A DNA stretch of 41,392 nt from a virus, in IMG/VR virus record IMGVR_UViG_3300023223_001537, positions 1 through 41,392 of that record, one strand, 5' to 3'. This document shows positions 16,316 to 24,574 of the stretch, piece after piece (within the stretch, counting starts at the first letter, position 1; every line of letters begins with the position of its first letter). The notes beneath the pieces are model-generated. The model was not told the DNA's origin and searched no databases. It saw nothing but the letters and a program-made list of their open reading frames with translations. The position numbers and the translations under genes were made by a program.

Positions 16316-18262
16316 ATGACAGGAAGTAATTTTAATACACACGATATGCTCCCTTCAAGACAGGGCGATAATATTCTTGAGGTTCATAGTTTAGGTGATT
16401 TACCGACGGCTATTGGAGGCATCCGAGATTTTGAACTGAATCAGGCATTAGATATAAGAGCCACCCTGTTTGAAACAAATGTGTGGCGTTGGCCTGATGA
16501 GTCTTTTATTTTTATTTGGACAAAATATTCCAACCAAGCAACCATTTTTTATTTAGGGTCAGATACTTTCATTCAATGTGCAGGGCAGGCTGGAACTACC
16601 ATTTTTAGAAATACAAATATTTTCGGCACAAGTGCCGCTTCGACAGCAAAGCTTTTGGACCTTACTGCGAGTTTAAATGTTGGTCCCGCAAGTTTTGGGG
16701 TTCAAGATACGGCATTTGTTGGCTTCCCTGGTGGGGCACGATATAACAATTTCCCGAATGGAATTATCAGGGGAATGGTTTGGTTTAACAATGTGTTTGC
16801 ATCGACAATAAGCGAAAGTATTACCTTTCAGAATTGCGGTGTTTTTGAATTGGGTGGTCAGCTGATGATCGGCATTGGAAACACGAATCAGTCTTTATTA
16901 TCTATTACGGGAGATGCCACAGCCCAAGGAAGGATCCATGATACTGACTGGAATGTACCGGGTACGCAGTCAGGGATATATCTTGGATCAAATATCACGA
17001 CTTTTGCGGCCATGGGAACTTTTGCCGTAAGTCAGCCCGGCACGGGAACATTTTTTAAGACTCAAGAATTCGGCGCATTTCAAAGCGTTGCAGATGGATC
17101 AACCACCGGAACAGTATCATCTGTTTCAGGAAGAGTAACTGCCTTTGGAACCTTTGCGGTTTTCAATGCGACTACAACGCCATTAGAGGGGGATGTTATC
17201 AACCATGTGGGATTCGCTGAAGCCACCTATAACGGTAAATTTAAAGCCCATAGGGTGGATGCGGGTGTCAGTTATCAAATAGCCTTATTTCCATTTCAGC
17301 AGCCTGTTTTACAACAGGGAGCCACGACAGGAGGCACATGGGATCGGGAATACACTGTAATAAATTCAACAGATACCTCTGAACTTAGAATCGGATTCGG
17401 AGTAGAAATACAGAACAGTTCAGACAGCTTTTATGATGGTGTTCATTCGGTGCTTGAGCTTGTCGATAATGTAAGTTTTTCGATTCAAGCAGATTTTCAA
17501 GGTTCCACATCCGTAACCGGAGATTTTACGGTCAAATCTTTAGATGAGACAAATATCCAAGTAGATGTTGACCGGGCTGGAGCGCAAAAATCCAGCGAAA
17601 CGATTGCTTTGGGATCGATTAATGCTCGAACTGGAACTACAGCTATTACGCAAGATGTATATGATGATCTTAATGTTAGCGGCTTCCTTGAAAATATAGT
17701 AGTGGAACGATTTGAATTAACTGATACGACTTTAGGTACATTCACATATAGGGGACAAAACAAATTTCAAGGTTTTGTGAATGGGGCCTTGTCAGCATTA
17801 AAAACTGGAGCCACGCAAAATTATAGATTTGCAATGTCCTTAAATGGTGGAATCCCACTTTTTACCGCTATTGCTTCCACGGCCATTACAAGCGTTATTG
17901 ATTCTCCAACCAGTCCAGGAACAGCTCGGTTTGTTCATGCAGGGACATCTCCTCCTGTAGGTTCGATTGCAACGACAACAGGCTTTACAACCAACACGCT
18001 TTATAATACGAGGGAACTCGTTACCTTTTCGGATGCGACTAATTTTGAACTAAATGGTGTAGCATTTGGAACAACTGAAACAGGCAACTTCACTGCAGCC
18101 ATCGCTAATTATATTCCTATGGAAGTGAAGACAACAAAAGTTGTTGTTCCTCTTCTTTTTATGGCGCAGTTGGAAACTGGCGATACAATACAAATAATGG
18201 TAGCTGGGGATGGTCATGCACAAGATTTAACAATAACCGATTTTACATTTGGAGTATTCTAA
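16316..18262 (+). CDS. Second fibre or receptor-binding-like protein (648 aa)
   Basis: Gly/Thr/Ser-rich beta-type composition. It lies directly after the 1307-aa fibre gene. Confidence 0.55.
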   Translation: MTGSNFNTHDMLPSRQGDNILEVHSLGDLPTAIGGIRDFELNQALDIRATLFETNVWRWPDESFIFIWTKYSNQATIFYLGSDTFIQCAGQAGTTIFRNTNIFGTSAASTAKLLDLTASLNVGPASFGVQDTAFVGFPGGARYNNFPNGIIRGMVWFNNVFASTISESITFQNCGVFELGGQLMIGIGNTNQSLLSITGDATAQGRIHDTDWNVPGTQSGIYLGSNITTFAAMGTFAVSQPGTGTFFKTQEFGAFQSVADGSTTGTVSSVSGRVTAFGTFAVFNATTTPLEGDVINHVGFAEATYNGKFKAHRVDAGVSYQIALFPFQQPVLQQGATTGGTWDREYTVINSTDTSELRIGFGVEIQNSSDSFYDGVHSVLELVDNVSFSIQADFQGSTSVTGDFTVKSLDETNIQVDVDRAGAQKSSETIALGSINARTGTTAITQDVYDDLNVSGFLENIVVERFELTDTTLGTFTYRGQNKFQGFVNGALSALKTGATQNYRFAMSLNGGIPLFTAIASTAITSVIDSPTSPGTARFVHAGTSPPVGSIATTTGFTTNTLYNTRELVTFSDATNFELNGVAFGTTETGNFTAAIANYIPMEVKTTKVVVPLLFMAQLETGDTIQIMVAGDGHAQDLTITDFTFGVF

Positions 18263-18278
18263 AAGAAAGGAATATAAA

Positions 18279-18416
18279 ATGAAGCCAGAAGATGCAATAA
18301 ATTTGCTTGATCAGATCTGCGCTCAGGTCAATTTGAGCCGGGAAATGCATGATAAAGTGAAAGAAGCGATTCAATCATTAAAGAACGAGCATAAAAAGAA
18401 AAAAGAAGAGGGATAA
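18279..18416 (+). CDS. Small hypothetical protein (45 aa), absent from the ORF track because it falls below the size cut-off
   Basis: AAAGG RBS. ATG at 18279 and TAA at 18414..18416. Helical, charged sequence. Confidence 0.35.
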   Translation: MKPEDAINLLDQICAQVNLSREMHDKVKEAIQSLKNEHKKKKEEG

Positions 18417-18485
18417 TGGTATAATAAAAGCCTGTAGAAACTAGAGTGAATCTAGTTCCAGGCTAACCTTATTCCCCGGAGGGAC

Positions 18486-18836
18486 ATGCGATTCAATATG
18501 TTTGTTTCTAACCATTCAACTGATTTGAAGTATGGTGACAATGATCTTTCATCTCTCAAGACAGTCAAAATTTATGACGGGAATGGGAACTTAAAAGAAA
18601 CTGTCACAGCAGAAATACTAACAGATGATGAAGCATTAGGCCGGAAGGGAACATATGGAGAGAAGGAATGCCGCGTTTGTCATAATATGTTTACTTTATA
18701 TAAAGGTAAGTTTAAAAGAAAACAAAAAACCTGTAGTGACTGTATTGAAAAGAGGCCATTAATAGGAGATTCTTTGCGAAGAAAACCGCTTAAATCAGAA
18801 AAATCTAACGGGAGGACACCCAAATGCCAACACTGA
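18486..18836 (+). CDS. Zinc-ribbon-containing hypothetical protein
   Basis: GGAGGG RBS. CxxC...CxxC (CRVCH...CSDC). Confidence 0.5.
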   Translation: MRFNMFVSNHSTDLKYGDNDLSSLKTVKIYDGNGNLKETVTAEILTDDEALGRKGTYGEKECRVCHNMFTLYKGKFKRKQKTCSDCIEKRPLIGDSLRRKPLKSEKSNGRTPKCQH

Positions 18837-19237
18837 AATACAAGAAGGGTTATAAATACCAGTTAACACAAGATTTCCAAATACAGACAGATATTGAACA
18901 CCATTTTTTGATTAATACGCATTTTATAGATTTGGATTTGGAAGGAAATCTATTAATTAAAGAGGACTATTGTTGGGATGGTCCCAGCGGCCCTACAATT
19001 GACACAAAAAATTTTATGAGAGGATCCCTTGTACATGACGCTCTCTATCAATTGATGAGAATGGGGAAATTACCTCTGACATGGCGAGATCATGCAGATA
19101 AACTGCTCAGAAAGATTTGCTGTGAAGATGGCATGTGCTGGATCCGCGCATTCTGGGTTTATCGCGCTCTCTACAGATTTGGTAAAAGTTCAGCTATGCC
19201 TGAAAATAAAAAAATATTATGGGTGATCAATTATTAA
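18824..19237 (+). CDS. DUF1353-like protein
   Basis: Pattern DYCWDGPSGPTID...GSLVHDALYQLMR...ADKLLRKI...YRALYRFG. Confidence 0.6.
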   Translation: MPTLKYKKGYKYQLTQDFQIQTDIEHHFLINTHFIDLDLEGNLLIKEDYCWDGPSGPTIDTKNFMRGSLVHDALYQLMRMGKLPLTWRDHADKLLRKICCEDGMCWIRAFWVYRALYRFGKSSAMPENKKILWVINY

Positions 19238-19315
19238 AAGGATAAATCATGCCAAAACATCAAAATGGAACGACTCGTAAACGAAAAAAGAAAAAGAAAG
19301 TGAAGGGTAAATAAA

Positions 19316-19642
19316 ATGCGTAAATTTATTTGGATCGTGGCATTTGTATTTGCGGTTTCCTACGTTCAGATTGCCAGTGCGAATGGCGAAGAGGCTAGCG
19401 GTAAAAAATTTCAGGGACATTTTAGCTGGGCTCTTGACCAACTTAAAGAAGGAAAAATATTATATCGAGGTCGCTGGGAAAGAAAAGATATGTGGGTAAA
19501 GATTAAAACACCAGAAGTAAACGAGACAATGACTTCCCCATATATCTACATGAAGAGCGTTGATGATGAATATGTCCCTTGGTTGCCTTCTCAGTTCGAC
19601 CTAATGGCCGAAGATTGGATGTGCAGGAATTGTAGGAAATAA
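19316..19642 (+). CDS. DUF2829 (Tad2-family) protein with a cleavable signal peptide
   Basis: Signal peptide MRKFIWIVAFVFAVSYVQIASA|NG. Domain pattern FSWALDQLKEGKILYRGRW...PYIYMKS...VPWLPSQFDLMAEDW. Confidence 0.6.
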   Translation: MRKFIWIVAFVFAVSYVQIASANGEEASGKKFQGHFSWALDQLKEGKILYRGRWERKDMWVKIKTPEVNETMTSPYIYMKSVDDEYVPWLPSQFDLMAEDWMCRNCRK

Positions 19643-19664
19643 CCTAAAAAGAAATGAGGTAATC

Positions 19665-19883
19665 ATGGCAGTTGATTTTAGTCAGGCTTTAACGGATTTA
19701 AAGGAAGGCGACAAGGTGAAGCGTTCGGGTTGGGTTAATGACCCTGCCTATATTGAAATGTTTGGGCCTTTGGCCGGTTCTTCGCCTGAAGATACAATCA
19801 TGGTATTTCATTCACAAGGAGTATTTCCCTGGAATCCTCAAAATGTGGATGTTTGCGCTGATGATTGGGAAACTGTAGTTTAA
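19665..19883 (+). CDS. DUF2829 (Tad2-family) protein, cytoplasmic form
   Basis: DFSQALTDLKEGDKVKRSGW...FPWNPQNVDVCADDWETV. GAGG RBS. Confidence 0.65.
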   Translation: MAVDFSQALTDLKEGDKVKRSGWVNDPAYIEMFGPLAGSSPEDTIMVFHSQGVFPWNPQNVDVCADDWETVV

Positions 19884-19902
19884 TTAATGAGGAAAAAGGA
19901 TA

Positions 19903-20325
19903 ATGGCAGGAACGCAGACTGGTTTCAGCGCAGAACCTCAACGGGGTATCGCATATGAATTTTATATTGGGGTATTGGATGCCATTACCGGGAATTTTAG
20001 AATAGATCCGACAATACTCGCAGGTGATTTTAGGGTTTCAAAGGATGGTGGCGCATTTGAAAATTTAGCGACATTGCCAACCGTTCAACCTACTGGGTCA
20101 TCTAATATTAGGGTGAATTTGTCAGCATTCGAAATGGATTCGAATAAAATAGTGGTAGAAGGTCTTGATAATCCTGTAGGATTTCAATGGGATGGCGTGA
20201 GAGTTTTTATTGACGCACCAAATTCAGGCCCAGCCCAAGCAGCAAAAGTTGTGCTAGATGGATTTACTTTAGCCCGGGACAATACCAAAGGATTAAGAAG
20301 ATCTGCGGGTAACAGAATCAAATAA
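19903..20325 (+). CDS. Hypothetical protein
   Basis: GAGGA RBS. Coding-like composition. Confidence 0.5.
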   Translation: MAGTQTGFSAEPQRGIAYEFYIGVLDAITGNFRIDPTILAGDFRVSKDGGAFENLATLPTVQPTGSSNIRVNLSAFEMDSNKIVVEGLDNPVGFQWDGVRVFIDAPNSGPAQAAKVVLDGFTLARDNTKGLRRSAGNRIK

Positions 20326-20339
20326 CAAGGAGGAAGTTA

Positions 20340-20783
20340 ATGACTACTATTGCGCAAGGAAGAGTAAGCGGATTGGTTGCTACAAGGTGGTTTGATAATG
20401 CCGCTATACCGATCAATCAGGGTAATGTGGCCCAAGATGTAGACTGGTTTCCAAATGATTTAAGGCCAAGCCAGGAAGCTAGAAAACGTTTTGCTTTGGA
20501 TGACGCTTTTACGGTTGTAAAACATACAATTCAAATACAGGTGAATGGTGCCGGCGTCATAGCGACTGTCATCTTGAAATTAACATCTCAAGATACTCCT
20601 ACCCCCACCGTAAACTTCTCAAAAAGTATTTTACTCAATGGTGGCGTAGCTTTAGCCGAAGAAGCTGGGAGTCAATTTGATATAATATTAGTAAAAGGGG
20701 CAAGTTATAATATTCAGCACAACGCAGGTGGCATGATAAATCCCGCAGTTTTTATCACTGAATCTTTTAATGTAGATATTTAA
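20340..20783 (+). CDS. Hypothetical protein
   Basis: AAGGAGG RBS. Confidence 0.5.
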   Translation: MTTIAQGRVSGLVATRWFDNAAIPINQGNVAQDVDWFPNDLRPSQEARKRFALDDAFTVVKHTIQIQVNGAGVIATVILKLTSQDTPTPTVNFSKSILLNGGVALAEEAGSQFDIILVKGASYNIQHNAGGMINPAVFITESFNVDI

Positions 20784-20784
20784 A

Positions 20785-20985
20785 ATGGCAAACATCGCCG
20801 GATATCCTAGCGCCATAATAAGCGGGAGTCCTGGTAAAAGTGGAAGAATTCAGCAAACAGTTACTGTTCCTTTGAGTCCTTTGACAGTAAGTGATAATAA
20901 ACGCCTTACCACTTCTGAAAAGGATCAATTGAAAGATTTTTCCGCAAATAAGCCGGCAACCACATCAACACCTATAACGCCATAG
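20785..20985 (+). CDS. Short protein sharing a 24-aa N-terminal module with the next gene
   Basis: MANIAGYPSAIISGSPGKSGRIQQ compared with MANVAGYPSAVLSGPPGKSGRIQG. Confidence 0.45.
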   Translation: MANIAGYPSAIISGSPGKSGRIQQTVTVPLSPLTVSDNKRLTTSEKDQLKDFSANKPATTSTPITP

Positions 20986-21006
20986 GGGAAAAATGGAACA
21001 GTCAAT

Positions 21007-21759
21007 ATGGCAAATGTAGCTGGATATCCCAGCGCAGTATTATCAGGACCACCGGGCAAAAGCGGAAGAATTCAGGGATTAGCGCCTGTTAGTACTTTTA
21101 CTCCATTAGATATTCTTCCTATTATAGGATGGTGGGACGGTGCTCAAGGAATAACTCTCAATGGTCCTGATGTTTCTCAATGGGATGATCAGAGTTCAAA
21201 CGCAAATAATCTCATTCAAGCAACAGCCACCAAACAACCATTATTTGTCAATCCAGGTGGGGTTCCGCCTCTTCTTCGATTTGATAAAGCTACTTCAGAA
21301 AGAATGCTTACGGCTGGTTTTGCCGGAGGAAATAAAACTCAACCTAACACAATAATGATTGTAGCCCAAAAGAGATCAGGGACAGACGGTAGCTATTTAT
21401 TTGATGGGACTGGAGCAGCAAGACATGCGGTAGCTGATTTTACTGGATTTGGTATGTTTGGTGGACAAATTTTAGTTCATGCGCCACTTGACCAGGTAAA
21501 AAGAATATTTGTATGTATTTTTGACATCCTCGTCGGTAAGTTTTATTTTGACGGCGGTGTCGGCACAACCGGTAATGTTGGTTCTTTCACTTGGGGTGCT
21601 TTAAGTTTATGTTCAAGATTTGGTGATACCAGTTTTGGGGATTATGATGTTTGGGAAATAACTGGTCATAATAAAAGATTATCTATTGATGAACTAAATC
21701 AATTGGGAACCTTTCTTGCGAACAAACATAGCTTAACGTGGACAACAATTACTTCTTAA
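21007..21759 (+). CDS. Protein with the shared N-terminal module plus a LamG/concanavalin-like pattern
   Basis: WWDGAQGITLNGPDVSQWDDQSSNANNLIQATATKQPLF...RFDKATSERM resembles jelly-roll lectin-type domains found on phage appendages. Confidence 0.5.
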   Translation: MANVAGYPSAVLSGPPGKSGRIQGLAPVSTFTPLDILPIIGWWDGAQGITLNGPDVSQWDDQSSNANNLIQATATKQPLFVNPGGVPPLLRFDKATSERMLTAGFAGGNKTQPNTIMIVAQKRSGTDGSYLFDGTGAARHAVADFTGFGMFGGQILVHAPLDQVKRIFVCIFDILVGKFYFDGGVGTTGNVGSFTWGALSLCSRFGDTSFGDYDVWEITGHNKRLSIDELNQLGTFLANKHSLTWTTITS

Positions 21760-21775
21760 ATAGATAGGAAACACA

Positions 21776-21967
21776 ATGGGACAAGCAATATTTGGCGCAA
21801 ATAATTTAAATAATCCTGGAAATACTGTCATCGGCGGTTCCAGTATGGTCAGGGAAAAAAGAATGAAAGATATTAAAGCAAGTTCCCGCGTTGCTAAATC
21901 AGACGTTAAAACGGCTCAGGCCAAAAGTAACGTGATTAAAGGATTAACAGGTAGGGTGACACCATGA
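21776..21967 (+). CDS. Hypothetical small protein
   Basis: ORF with an ATGA overlap to the next gene. Confidence 0.4.
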   Translation: MGQAIFGANNLNNPGNTVIGGSSMVREKRMKDIKASSRVAKSDVKTAQAKSNVIKGLTGRVTP

Positions 21968-22539
21968 CGAATAAACTTGTAGTAATTCAAAGAGGTGAAT
22001 CATTGCCCTTCAAATTTGACCGTGGAGGAGCTTCCATTGAACAATGGACATGCGTTATAAAAGTCAAACAGAAACCCGATGATTTACCGGATATTGCAAG
22101 AACTATCCCATCTGATGATGATAGAGCCTTTAGCGGTTTTCTTACAAGAACTGAGACTTTAAATCTGATAGAAGGATTATGGTATTTGACGGGGGTTTTG
22201 ACAAATGTAAGCACAGATGAGCAAGAAGAAATACCGGTCCGATTCCAGGTGAGCAAAACGTGGTCAATACCCAATATGGTTTCCCAAGTGATAGCCACTC
22301 CTGCCGGATCTGCAGGACCATTTACAACGATGGTTAGCGTTAATCTTATGACAGGAACGCCTGGAGCCACAATTCATTTTACGATTGATGGGTCTGAACC
22401 ATCAACATCTTCGCCTATATTTACCAGTGACATAATATTTGTAAATGCTGGAAGTCCTCATACACTTAAAGCATTTGCGGTAAGGGACGGCTTTGTCGAT
22501 AGTGATGTTTTAACAGAAATATATGTCGTGAACCCATAG
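21964..22539 (+). CDS. Protein with a C-terminal chitobiase/Fn3-associated-type domain pattern
   Basis: GATIHFTIDGSEPSTSSPIFTSDIIF...HTLKAFAVRDGFVDSDVLTEIY. Confidence 0.5.
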   Translation: MTNKLVVIQRGESLPFKFDRGGASIEQWTCVIKVKQKPDDLPDIARTIPSDDDRAFSGFLTRTETLNLIEGLWYLTGVLTNVSTDEQEEIPVRFQVSKTWSIPNMVSQVIATPAGSAGPFTTMVSVNLMTGTPGATIHFTIDGSEPSTSSPIFTSDIIFVNAGSPHTLKAFAVRDGFVDSDVLTEIYVVNP

Positions 22540-22548
22540 AGGTGAAAT

Positions 22549-22734
22549 ATGGATTGGCAAAAAGTCAGAAAGGTTCAGGAAGAATATACCCGTCAGATGA
22601 AGGATTTGGTTGCTGATATGGCTGCATCAAGAAAAGTTATTAAACCAAAATTAACAGGAGCTAATTATCATTTTACCAAGATGAAGGATAATAAAAAAAA
22701 TATCATTTCTGTTGTTATGCAGAGTTGGAATTGA
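22549..22734 (+). CDS. Hypothetical small protein
   Basis: GAGGTG RBS. Confidence 0.4.
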   Translation: MDWQKVRKVQEEYTRQMKDLVADMAASRKVIKPKLTGANYHFTKMKDNKKNIISVVMQSWN

Positions 22735-22738
22735 AATA

Positions 22739-22777
22739 TCACGCCGGCGTGAACTTTGAACTTTCACGACGTCGTGA
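22739..22777. promoter_or_regulatory. Twin 14-bp palindromes TCACG-N4-CGTGA (22739..22752 and 22764..22777); candidate operator pair
   Basis: TCACGCCGGCGTGA and TCACGACGTCGTGA are both perfect palindromes, 25 bp centre to centre, within a 62-nt intergenic gap. Confidence 0.5.
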
Positions 22778-22796
22778 TAATTGAAAGGGAATCATC

Positions 22797-22973
22797 ATGC
22801 CACTTAAAAAGCCCAGGAAGGGTGCATCAAAGAAAACAAGGCGTAAGATAGCTTCTGAGAATATAGGGGCCGAAATTAGGTCTGGGAGGCCTAAAAAGCA
22901 GGCTATTGCTATTGGTCTGAGTGTGGCTGGTTTGAGTAGGAAAAAGAGGAAGTCGGGAAAGAGGAAAAAATAA
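22797..22973 (+). CDS. Small highly basic protein (58 aa), absent from the ORF track
   Basis: ATG at 22797, TAA at 22971..22973, GGGAAT-type RBS. Contains a QAIAIGLS motif similar to small DUF6496-like proteins. Confidence 0.4.
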   Translation: MPLKKPRKGASKKTRRKIASENIGAEIRSGRPKKQAIAIGLSVAGLSRKKRKSGKRKK

Positions 22974-22975
22974 TT

Positions 22976-23200
22976 ATGTCAAAACAAAAAAAGCCCAAAA
23001 GTTTCAAGGAAATAATGAAACCTGTGTTTGCTGAATGGGAAAATAAATTTAAAGTTGCCGAATCTCTAGAAAAAAAGAATAAGAGAAAGGCTATTAAAAT
23101 ATATAAGGAAGTAATAAGTACAGCATTGGAATTTCAAAATATTTTCTCCGAAATAAGGATAAGGATGGAAAGGGAAATTGGTAAGTTATTAGCTAAATAA
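22976..23200 (+). CDS. Hypothetical small protein
   Basis: ORF immediately following the previous stop. Confidence 0.4.
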   Translation: MSKQKKPKSFKEIMKPVFAEWENKFKVAESLEKKNKRKAIKIYKEVISTALEFQNIFSEIRIRMEREIGKLLAK

Positions 23201-23233
23201 GATTTGAATTGTTACGTCGGCTTAACATTTGAA

Positions 23234-23253
23234 TTTTCCCGGCGCCGGGAAAA
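23234..23253. repeat. 20-bp perfect palindrome TTTTCCCGGCGCCGGGAAAA
   Basis: Read directly. It is preceded by a 9-bp direct repeat ATTTGAATT (23202..23210 and 23226..23234). Confidence 0.6.
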
Positions 23254-23266
23254 GTGAGTCCATAAT

Positions 23267-23306
23267 TGTCAATATATTGACATCCCACCGAATAAAGGCA
23301 TATTAT
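23267..23306 (+). promoter_or_regulatory. Promoter candidate whose -35 lies inside a 16-bp palindrome (TGTCAATATATTGACA; TTGACA-18 nt-TATTAT)
   Basis: Palindrome at 23267..23282, TTGACA at 23277..23282, TATTAT at 23301..23306. Confidence 0.45.
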
Positions 23307-23359
23307 AAAAGAGTAGTTAAAATAATCCGTCCGGGTAACTGAAATAAAAAGGCTTGGAC

Positions 23360-24574
23360 ATGAGCGATTATATTGACTTGTCAGAATTAAAACCTGACAA
23401 AAAGAATGCCAGAAAACACAATCCACGGAATATCGGAATGATTACCCAGGCCATTCAGGAAATTGGAGTATCAAGATCAGGGGTAATTGATGAGGATGGC
23501 AATATTCTTGCCGGCAATGGTACCTATGAAGCCTTGAGCGAGGCAGGAATTAAAAAAGTCAAGGTGGTTGATGTTGATGGTGAAGAATGGGTAGTAGTTC
23601 GCAGGAAGGGATTGTCAGAGGCTGAAAAGACCAAATTATCTTTATATGATAACAGGACAGCCGAAATCGCTGATTGGGATGTTGATATTCTTAAAGAAAT
23701 ATATGAAGAGAGTCCTGAAATCCTTGACGGATTATTTTATGAAGATGAAGTGGATGCACTTCTGGAAGATGTTGATAAGGACCCCGGTGAACTAGAAGGA
23801 GAGGATGATGTTCCTCAAATACCAGAAGAACCGGTCACTCAACGTGGGGATATTTACCTACTTGGCAAACATCGCCTTATGTGTGGTGATTCCACAAATC
23901 ACGATGATGTGGAAATGCTTATGAATGGTAAAAAGGCTGACATGGTATTCACAGATCCTCCCTATAATGTGGATTATGGAAATATAAAACATCCCAAATT
24001 CAAGATGAGAAGCATTAAAAATGATAATCAGGCCCCTCATGAATTCAAGCAATTTTGCGAAAAGTTTGCCAATACAATAAAACAATTCTGTAATGGGATT
24101 GTATATGTATTCGGGGCGCCAAATCTAGACGGAAGAATAATGTTTTCAATATTGGATAATCTTTTCCATTGTTCAACTACGATAATATGGAATAAGGATC
24201 AGTTTACATTGGGACGAGGTAAATACCAGAATAAATATGAGCCATTTTGGTTCGGATGGGTAAATGATGGCAGTCTTTTTACAAATGATAGAAAATTGAC
24301 CAATGTGTGGGATATTGAGAGACCAAAATCGAGCGACTTACATCCTACAATGAAACCAGTCAAATTGGTTGAAACTGCTTTAATTCACGCATCGAAGACT
24401 GGATCTATTGTTTTTGACTTATTTGGTGGAGCAGGATCAACAATAGTGGCTGCTGAAAAACTCAAAAGAAAATGTTACATGATGGAGGTTGAGCCAAAGT
24501 ATTGTGACGTCATTGTTGATAGATACAAGGATTTATTTCCTGATAAACCTGTTGAAAGGATAAAGCATGGCTGA
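23360..24574 (+). CDS. ParB-like nuclease domain fused to a DNA methyltransferase (DPPY type)
   Basis: N-terminal LKPDKKNARKHNPRNIGMITQAIQEIGVSRSGVIDEDGNILAGNGTYEA. Methylase motifs VFTDPPYN and FDLFGGAGSTIVAA. The ATG at 23360 is preferred over the TTG at 23354. Confidence 0.8.
   Translation: MSDYIDLSELKPDKKNARKHNPRNIGMITQAIQEIGVSRSGVIDEDGNILAGNGTYEALSEAGIKKVKVVDVDGEEWVVVRRKGLSEAEKTKLSLYDNRTAEIADWDVDILKEIYEESPEILDGLFYEDEVDALLEDVDKDPGELEGEDDVPQIPEEPVTQRGDIYLLGKHRLMCGDSTNHDDVEMLMNGKKADMVFTDPPYNVDYGNIKHPKFKMRSIKNDNQAPHEFKQFCEKFANTIKQFCNGIVYVFGAPNLDGRIMFSILDNLFHCSTTIIWNKDQFTLGRGKYQNKYEPFWFGWVNDGSLFTNDRKLTNVWDIERPKSSDLHPTMKPVKLVETALIHASKTGSIVFDLFGGAGSTIVAAEKLKRKCYMMEVEPKYCDVIVDRYKDLFPDKPVERIKHG

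Noticed and set aside
12386-18262. Diversity-generating retroelement acting on the large fibre genes
   Set aside because: No reverse-transcriptase-like ORF exists anywhere in the window. I found no near-identical template/variable repeat pair with adenine-specific differences. The internal repeats are old, diverged protein-module duplications.
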